Below, in pieces: positions 56,831 through 64,000 of a stretch of DNA of 64,000 bases (positions are counted from its first letter, which is position 1; each line of letters opens with the position of its first letter). Made by a program: the position numbers and the translations under genes. Origin of the DNA: Vulcanimicrobiota bacterium. Its GTDB lineage: Bacteria > Vulcanimicrobiota > Vulcanimicrobiia > Vulcanimicrobiales > Vulcanimicrobiaceae. Where the stretch lies: positions 1 through 64,000 of the forward strand of contig CAVZQC010000004.1 in assembly GCA_963777315.1 (NCBI GenBank), given 5' to 3'. The notes below the pieces were generated by a model. The model saw only the letters and a list, made by a program, of their open reading frames with translations, made no database searches and was not told the DNA's origin.

Positions 56831-58084
56831 TTACGGCGGCGACGCCGCCGCGCGCTCTTTCCAGGATTGCGGCGGCAAGCCGGTGTCTATTTCGACCATT
56901 TCGATGCAGTGTTCGACTGGGCACACCATGTGGCACAGGTTGCACCCCACGCAGTGCTCTTCGTCCACGACCACCATCGCCGAACCGTTGGCGCCGATGC
57001 GGTCGATGCACTGGTGAGCCGCGTCTTCGCACGCGATGTAGCACTTGTTGCAGCGAATGCACTTGTCCTGATCGATGCGCGCGACGACCTTGTAGTTCAG
57101 ATTGAGATTCTCCCAGGTCGTGACGCGGTCTGCTGCGGCGCCCTGCAACTGTGAAACGCCGGCCATCCCGCGCGAGTCCAAGTACGAGGACAGCCCGTCG
57201 ATCAGATCGTCCGCGATCCGGAAACCATGGTGCATGACCGCAGTGCACACCTGCACGTTGGTCGCGCCCAGCAAGAGAAACTCGGCTGCATCGCGCCACG
57301 TTTCGATGCCGCCGATGCCGGAAATCGGAACGTTCACCTGTGGATCGCGCGCGCAGTCGTTGACCATGTTGAGCGCGATGGGCTTGACCGCCGGTCCGCA
57401 GTATCCTCCGTGGCTGGTTTTTCCGTCGACCTGCGGGATGGGGTCCCACGATTCCAGATCCACCCCGATGATGCTGTTGATCGTGTTGATCAGACTGATT
57501 GCGTCGGCTCCGCCCTGCGCCGCGCCGCGGGCGGCCCACCGGATGTCCGTGATGTTGGGCGTGAGCTTGACGATAACGGGTACGCGTGCAGCCTCTTTGA
57601 CCCACTGCGTGACCTGCGCTATCAGATCGGCGTGCTGTCCCACCGCGGAACCCATCCCGCGTTCGCTCATGCCGTGCGGGCAGCCGAAGTTCAGCTCGAA
57701 GCCGTCGATATCGACTTCTTGAACCCGCCGGACCAGCTCGTGCCAGGCCGCGCGCTCGCAGCGCTCCATCAGCGAAGCGACGATCGCGCGATCGGGAAAC
57801 GCAGCTTTACACTCGGCGATTTCGCGCAGGTTATCTTCGAGCGGCCGGTCCGTAATCAGCTCGATGTTGTTCATTCCGACGATCTTAGTCTGCCTGTAAT
57901 CCAGCGCTGCGAAGCGCGACGTGACGTTGACGATGGGCGTGCCGAGCGTTTTCCATACCGCTCCGCCCCAGCCGGCTTCGAAGGCGCGCATGACTTGATA
58001 TCCGCTGTTGGTCGGCGGCGCCGATGCCAGCCAAAACGGATTGGGGCTCACGATGCCGGCAAGGTTCGTGCGCAAGTCTGCCAT
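56831..58084 (-). CDS. preA: dihydropyrimidine dehydrogenase subunit PreA
   Basis: NPFWLASAPP, NIELITDR, LNFGCPHGMSERGMG, KLTPN, two C-terminal 4Fe-4S motifs. Confidence 0.96.
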   Translation of the reverse strand: MADLRTNLAGIVSPNPFWLASAPPTNSGYQVMRAFEAGWGGAVWKTLGTPIVNVTSRFAALDYRQTKIVGMNNIELITDRPLEDNLREIAECKAAFPDRAIVASLMERCERAAWHELVRRVQEVDIDGFELNFGCPHGMSERGMGSAVGQHADLIAQVTQWVKEAARVPVIVKLTPNITDIRWAARGAAQGGADAISLINTINSIIGVDLESWDPIPQVDGKTSHGGYCGPAVKPIALNMVNDCARDPQVNVPISGIGGIETWRDAAEFLLLGATNVQVCTAVMHHGFRIADDLIDGLSSYLDSRGMAGVSQLQGAAADRVTTWENLNLNYKVVARIDQDKCIRCNKCYIACEDAAHQCIDRIGANGSAMVVVDEEHCVGCNLCHMVCPVEHCIEMVEIDTGLPPQSWKERAAASPP

Positions 58085-58086
58085 GG

Positions 58087-59400
58087 CTAGCGCGCTCTTT
58101 CAACCGACGACACGTACGCGTCGACGCTGCGGGCCGCGCGTTTGCCTTGTTCGGCCGCTTCGACGACCATCGCCTCGCGCATCCCTTTTTCGAAAATGCA
58201 GTCGCCTGCGGCAAAAATTCCCGGGCGCGTGGTTTGCAGCTGCGCATCGACGCGCACGACGCCGTCGTCGTGCGCAATGCGCAACCCATCGAATATGCCG
58301 AGCAGCCGGCTTTGGCCCACCGCACGAATGACGGTGTCGGCCGCTTCGACGAATTCGCTGCCCGAAATCATTTCCGGTACGGCGCGGCCTTCCCGTAAGA
58401 CGGTGCGGACGAACTCGACCGCGCTTGCGCGGCCGTTCTGCGCGATGATGCGCGTGGGCATGCAGAAGAAGCGGAATTCGACACCTTCCTGTTTGGCGAA
58501 CGCGTACTCGAACTCGTAGGCCGTCATCTGCTCCTGACCGCGCCGGTAGTAGCACGTCACTCGCGCCGACGGAGCGATCCGTTTGCTGCACGTAAGCGCA
58601 TCGATTGCGGTATTGCCTGCGCCGATGACCGCGACCCGCTGCCCTAACGGTCCCACGTCCTCTCCGAGCTTGGCGCGTTCGATGAAGTCGAGGGCGTCCC
58701 ACACTCCTTGCAAGTCTTCGCCGGGAACGTTCAATCGGGGAACGCTGCCCATCCCGCACGCCAAAATGACCGCATCGTAGTCGCGCGTCAGATCTTCGAT
58801 GCGAACGTCTTCGCCGACGCGCGTGGACGTACGGACCGTAACGCCCATCGCCGCGACCTGGGCGGCTTCCCAGAGCGCGGTTTCCAAATCGAGCCGGAAG
58901 GGAACGATGCCGTACGTGTTCAAACCGCCCAGCGCATCGTGCGCCTCGAAAATGGTTACGGCATGGCCCATGCGCCGCAAGTCGCGCGCTGCCGAAAGAC
59001 CTGCCGGGCCGCCGCCGACGATTGCGACGCATTTGCCCGTTTCCGCCCCGGCTTCGAATAGCGTTGCAGCATCGCGCATCACGCTGTCGACGGCGTAACG
59101 CTGCAAGTCGCCGATGCGGATCGGCGAGTCCCCGGCCGCGTTGTACACGCACGCGCCTTCGCACAGCTGCTCGGTCGGGCAAACTCGCGCGCAGCTGGCT
59201 CCCATCGGGTTTGCATCCATGATCACGCGCGCGCTGCCTTTGACGTTGCCGGTGGTGATCTTGCGGATGAAGGACGCGACGTCGATATGCGTGGGACATG
59301 CGTTCATGCAGGGCGCGTCGTAGCAGTTCAGGCACCGGTTGGCTTCGAGCCGCACCTCCACGTCGGAGAGCGTGCGGTGAATGGATTCGCCCAAAATCAC
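58087..59400 (-). CDS. preT: dihydropyrimidine dehydrogenase subunit PreT
   Basis: GTG overlaps the mmsA stop; [38 protein letters not shown]. Confidence 0.93.
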   Translation of the reverse strand: MILGESIHRTLSDVEVRLEANRCLNCYDAPCMNACPTHIDVASFIRKITTGNVKGSARVIMDANPMGASCARVCPTEQLCEGACVYNAAGDSPIRIGDLQRYAVDSVMRDAATLFEAGAETGKCVAIVGGGPAGLSAARDLRRMGHAVTIFEAHDALGGLNTYGIVPFRLDLETALWEAAQVAAMGVTVRTSTRVGEDVRIEDLTRDYDAVILACGMGSVPRLNVPGEDLQGVWDALDFIERAKLGEDVGPLGQRVAVIGAGNTAIDALTCSKRIAPSARVTCYYRRGQEQMTAYEFEYAFAKQEGVEFRFFCMPTRIIAQNGRASAVEFVRTVLREGRAVPEMISGSEFVEAADTVIRAVGQSRLLGIFDGLRIAHDDGVVRVDAQLQTTRPGIFAAGDCIFEKGMREAMVVEAAEQGKRAARSVDAYVSSVERAR

Positions 59401-60900
59401 GTGGGGAAGCCTAAGTTGATTCCCGCGCCGGCATCGTGCCAGCGCGCAGTTATCGCTTTTCCGCGCGTGTAAAACCGGAATCCGTCCTCGCCGTAAACGT
59501 GCAAATCGCCGAAGAGCGACGCCTTCCAGCCGCCGAAGTCTGTAGTAGCCCACAGGTACGGGGATTGGGACGTTGATGCCGACCATGCCGGCATCGACCT
59601 CGCTTTGAAATCGGCGCGCTGCCGCGCCGCTTCGCGTGAAGATCGACGCGCCGTTGCCGTACGGGTTTGCGCGCAAAACCGCGAGCGCAGCCTCGAGCGT
59701 GTCGACCCGCACGTTCACCAGGACGGGACCGAAGATCTCGTCACGGTAGATCGACATCCCGGCGTCCACGCCGTCGAACAGCGTTGGACCGACGAAAAAG
59801 CCGCTTTCATGCCCGGCAACACGCAGCGAACGTCCGTCGAGCACCAGCGTTGCGCCTTCGCGCTGTCCCTGCTCGATGTACTTGACGATGCGCTCGCGTG
59901 CGGCGCCGCTGATAACGGGGCCCATGTCGTTGCTCGCGTCGTGTCCGGGGCCGATCTTCAGTGCGCGCACACGCGATTTCACGCGTTCGAGCAGCGGTTC
60001 CGCCGCCGAACCGACGCAGACCGATGCCGAGATCGCCATGCAGCGCTGGCCGGCGGATCCGTACGCAGCCGAAACCAGCGCGTCGGCGGCGGCGTCCATG
60101 TCCGCATCGGGCATGACGACCATGTGGTTTTTGGCTCCGCCCAGCGCCTGCACGCGCTTACCGTTCGCGGCAGCGGCGGCGTAAACGTATTTCGCGATCG
60201 GCGTCGAGCCTACGAAACTCACCGCGTTGACCAGCGGGTGTGCGAGCAGCGCATCGACGGCGGCTTTGTCGCCGTGCACGACGTTGAATACGCCGGGCGG
60301 AAGCCCGGCGCGTTCGAGCAACTGCGCGACCAGCACCGAAGCGGACGGATCGCGTTCGGACGGCTTGAGCAGGAACGTATTGCCGCACGCGAGCGCGATC
60401 GCGAACATCCACGCGGGCACCATCATCGGAAAGTTGAACGGCGTAATGCCGGCGCACACGCCGACGCTCTGGCGAATCGAATACGTGTCGACGGCCGTGG
60501 AAACGTTTTCGCTGTATTGCCCTTTGAGCTGGTGGGGCAGCGAGCATGCGAAGTCGACGACCTCCAGCGCCCGCGTCACCTCGCCCGCGGCGTCGCTCAC
60601 GATCTTGCCGTGCTCGGCCGAAACGATTTGCGCCAGCTGCGCCGCGTTGTCTTTGAGCAGCGCGCGGAAGGCAAAGAGAACCTCGGCGCGCTTGCCGAGC
60701 GGCGTGCGGCTCCAGGCGGAAAAGGCGCCGGCGGCGGCCCGGACGGCAGTATCGACGGTCGCTTCGTCGGCAAGCGGAACGCGCGACTGCACGCAGCCCG
60801 AAGCGGGGTCGAAGACCTCGCCGAAACGCCCGGTTTGCGCATGGTCCAGCCGTCCATCGATGTAGTGCGCGACGGTGCGAATCGTTGCCGGAGCTTCCAT
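59397..60900 (-). CDS. mmsA: CoA-acylating (methyl)malonate-semialdehyde dehydrogenase (one extra base near 59539)
   Basis: ITPFNFP, KPSERDP, FVGSTP, GGAKNH, AGQRCMA, EIFGP; tail [11 protein letters not shown] in the next frame. Confidence 0.92.
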
Positions 60901-60959
60901 ATTTTGAGATTCTCTTATGAGGCGGGGAGCTCCCGTAGCAGCGTCTAAGCTGCCGCCTC

Positions 60960-62084
60960 GTGAACGACGGCTTGCTCGCGGATTACGACCGCAACGGCCT
61001 CGCGCTGTGCTGCATAGGCAGTCACTCGGCGCTGGAAGTGGCATACGGAGCACGGGCGCAAGGCCTGCGCAGCCTCATCGTCACCGCGCGCGGCCGCGAA
61101 AAAACGTACGCGAACTATTACGCGCGCAAGAGCGATCCCACGCGCGGCTGCGTCGACGAAACGCTGGAGCTCGAGGCGTTCACCGATCTGCTTTCCGAGC
61201 CGGTCCAAAAGGAACTTCGCAATCGCAATGCGATCTTCGTGGCCAGCCGCTCGTTCGAAGTCTACTTGCACCAGAAGTTCAGCTATGATGAAATCGAGCG
61301 CGGCATGCAGGTTCCGATGTTCGGCAATCGCAGGCTGCTGCGCGCCGAAGAGCGGGACGAGGCCGACAACCAGTATGCGCTTCTGCAGCGTGCCGGAATC
61401 CGGCACCCGCTGCAGTTTGCGTCGCCCGATGCCATCGACCGGCTCGTTATGGTCAAAGCGCCGCACGCGAAGATCAGCTTCGAGCGCGCGTTCTTTTTGT
61501 GCGCTTCGCCCCAAGACTATCGCAGCGTTTCCTCGCGCATGATGCGCGAAGGCATGCTCGATGCCGCCGGCTTAGCCGGCGCAGTCATCGAGGAATATGC
61601 GCTCGGACCGTCGATCAATCTGAATTTTTTTTACGCGCCGATTTCGGGCGAACTCGAGCTGTGCGGTACGGACACGCGACGCCAGACGAACCTCGAAGGG
61701 TTTCGCAACGTGCCGCCCTCGGCGTGGGAGTCGCTGCGCAGCGTTCCAATGCGTCTGGAGGAAGCCGGCCATATACCGGCGACCCTCACCGAATCCATGC
61801 TCGAAAAAGCGTTCGACATGGGCGAGCGCCTCGTGCGCGTTGCGCGCGAGCTCTATCCGCCCGGGATAATCGGACCCTTTGCGCTGCAGTGCATCATCGT
61901 CGCGGGTCCGCCCAAAGAGTTCGTGTGCTACGACGTCTCGCTGCGCATCCCGGGATCGCCGGGAACGCGCTATACGCCGTATTCGGCCTATCGCTGGGGC
62001 CGCGACGTTTCGGTGGGCGAGCGCATCGCAATGGAGATCGTTTTCGCCCGCGATGCCGGCCGGCTGCCCGAGGTGCTCACGTGA
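60960..62084 (+). CDS. PurP-like ATP-grasp protein (second paralog)
   Basis: GSHSALEV, RSFEVY, FGNRRLLRAEER, FERAFF, DTRRQTN, GPFALQ, DVSLRIPGSPG, GERIAME. Confidence 0.88.
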   Translation: MNDGLLADYDRNGLALCCIGSHSALEVAYGARAQGLRSLIVTARGREKTYANYYARKSDPTRGCVDETLELEAFTDLLSEPVQKELRNRNAIFVASRSFEVYLHQKFSYDEIERGMQVPMFGNRRLLRAEERDEADNQYALLQRAGIRHPLQFASPDAIDRLVMVKAPHAKISFERAFFLCASPQDYRSVSSRMMREGMLDAAGLAGAVIEEYALGPSINLNFFYAPISGELELCGTDTRRQTNLEGFRNVPPSAWESLRSVPMRLEEAGHIPATLTESMLEKAFDMGERLVRVARELYPPGIIGPFALQCIIVAGPPKEFVCYDVSLRIPGSPGTRYTPYSAYRWGRDVSVGERIAMEIVFARDAGRLPEVLT

Positions 62085-63629
62085 CGTCCCCGGCAACGGT
62101 GTTCATTTTGGACTTCGGCGCGCAGTACAGCCAATTGATCGCGCGGCGAACGCGTGAATCCAACGTCTATTGCGAAATCGTGCCGTACGACACGCCCTGG
62201 CGAACGCTGGCCGAGCGCAGTCCCGCAGCGGTGATTCTCAGCGGCGGTCCCGAAAGCGCACTGGTTCCCGGAGCGCCGCGCATGGACGTCGGCATCCTGC
62301 GCGGCGGCGTGCCGGTTCTCGGCATTTGCTACGGCATGCAGTTGATGGCGCACGAACTGGGAGCGCGTTTGGTCAAGCTGGACCACGCCGAGTACGGCCC
62401 TGCAACGTTGCGCACGGAAAACGCGCAAACCCCGCTGTTCGACGGTATCCCGGCCGAGTCGCGGGTGTGGATGTCGCACGGCGATTCGGTCGTGGAACTG
62501 CCCGCAGGCTTCTCGGCGGCCGGCTCGACCGAGCGATGTGCCGTCGCCGCGATGGCCGACGACCGGCGCAGGATGTACGGCGTGCAGTTTCATCCCGAAG
62601 TCGTCCACACGGATTGCGGTCGCCGGCTGCTGAGCAACTTTCTGCACGGCATTGCCGGCATATCGCCGGATTGGCGAATGGACAACTTCGTCGAAACGGC
62701 CATTAGCGATATCCGGCGCAAGGCCGGAGCCGGCAAAGTGATCTGCGCGCTTTCGGGCGGCGTGGATTCCGCGGTGGCCGCCACGCTGGTCGCGCGCGCC
62801 GTCGGAAAACAGACTCACCTGCATCTTCGTCGACCACGGGCTGCTGCGAAAAGACGAAGCTGCGCGCGTGCTCGAGGCGTTTCGCGACGTGATGCATCTG
62901 GACGTAATCGCGGTGGATGCGCGCGAACGTTTTGTCGGCAAGCTTGCCGGCGTGAGCGATCCCGAACGCAAGCGCATCATCATCGGGCACGAGTTCATCG
63001 CGGTGTTCGAGGAACAAGCGGCACGCATCGCGGGGGTCCGCCATCTCGTGCAAGGCACGCTGTATCCCGACGTCATCGAGTCGAAAACGCCCGAAAGCAA
63101 AGCGGGACACAAGATCAAGTCGCACCACAACGTCGGCGGCCTGCCGGAGACGATGAAGTTGGAACTGATCGAACCGCTGCGCGCGCTGTTCAAGGATGAA
63201 GTGCGCGAGCTGGGTCGAGTACTGGGCCTGCCCGAACACATCGTCGAGCGCCAGCCGTTTCCCGGTCCCGGTTTGGCGGTGCGCATCATCGACTCCGTAA
63301 CGGAGGAGCGGCTCGCAATCGTTCGCGGGGCCGATGCGATAGTGTGCGAAGAGATTGAGAGCGCGCAGCTCGATCCTAAACCCTGGCAGTATTTCGCGGT
63401 GCTGACGCCGGTGAAAAGCGTGGGCGTGATGGGCGACGGTCGCACGTATTCGAATTTGGTCGCCGTGCGAGCCATCACGAGCGAAGACGGTATGACGGCC
63501 GACTGGGCTAGGCTGCCGCACGACCTGCTCGAGCGCATCAGCACGCGCCTGATCAACGAAGTGCCCGGCGTGAACCGAGTAGCCTACGACGTCACGTCCA
63601 AACCGCCGTCGACCGTCGAGTGGGAATAG
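62081..63629 (+). CDS. guaA: GMP synthase (one extra base near 62813, probably a sequencing error)
   Basis: [28 protein letters not shown]; then [37 protein letters not shown] in the next frame. Confidence 0.95.
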
Positions 63630-63633
63630 CGCC

Positions 63634-64000
63634 GTGAGGATTCTCGTCGTCGGCAGCGGCGCGCGCGAGGACGCATTGTCGTGGCGGCTGGCGGCTTCGC
63701 CGTCGTGCGATGCGATTTTCGCGGCTCCCGGAAACGCCGGCACGGCTGCGCGCGGGCAGAACTGGAACCTGAGCGCCACAGACGGCAAAGCGATCGTGGA
63801 TCGCTGCCGCAGCGAACGCATCGACCTCGTGGTTCTGGGGCCGGAATCGTCGATCGCGTCCGGCGTGGGCGATCGCCTGCGTGAGGCTCGGATTGCAACG
63901 TTCGGCCCAAACCGCTCGGGTGGCCGGCTTGAATCCAGCAAAGTCTTTTCCAAGCGTTTCATGGAGCGGCACGCCGTTCCCACCGCGCGCGCCGTCATCG
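63634..64000 (+). CDS. purD: phosphoribosylamine-glycine ligase (partial)
   Basis: Hand translation MRILVVGSGAREDALSWRL...APGNAG...VVLGPE...FGP...LESSK. Confidence 0.93.
   Translation, partial: MRILVVGSGAREDALSWRLAASPSCDAIFAAPGNAGTAARGQNWNLSATDGKAIVDRCRSERIDLVVLGPESSIASGVGDRLREARIATFGPNRSGGRLESSKVFSKRFMERHAVPTARAVI

Noticed and set aside
58087..61053. 988-aa MmsA-PreT fusion in the ORF track
   Set aside because: Caused by one extra base near 59539; the real MmsA tail is in the next frame and ends in a GTGA overlap with the preT start

Overview
High-GC bacterial chromosome segment. A TonB-dependent receptor (outer membrane) next to a Firmicutes-style dapB-asd-dapG-dapA cluster suggests a diderm Terrabacteria lineage such as Eremiobacterota/Vulcanimicrobiota; this is inference only. 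Core content: galK-galT-GH35, an AhpE-type peroxiredoxin with an in-frame TGA at the catalytic Cys, a fluoride riboswitch with DUF190/crcB, tRNA-Gln/tRNA-Glu, sugar-nucleotide and glycosyltransferase genes, pcrA, lysine/DAP genes, riboflavin genes, a long purine cluster and a complete reductive pyrimidine catabolism operon. Two accessory patches lie at about 11.7-15.0 kb (beside tRNA-Glu; BrnT/BrnA) and 33.6-37.0 kb (HNH remnant, HigBA, IS1595). Best candidates for new biology: (1) RibBA fused to an N-terminal XRE helix-turn-helix, with a 16-bp palindrome over the -35 box of its own leaderless promoter, a possible enzyme-regulator used in place of an FMN riboswitch; (2) a probable selenocysteine AhpE; (3) a mosaic purine pathway with two archaeal-type PurP paralogs and an animal PAICS-like PurC whose PurE domain has lost its catalytic His; (4) three operon genes that appear to need ATT start codons. 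Several frameshifts in conserved genes look like sequencing errors, and three can be explained by one extra base in the centre of AGCT, which hints at a host DNA methylation motif. All calls come from motif recognition by eye; no searches were run.
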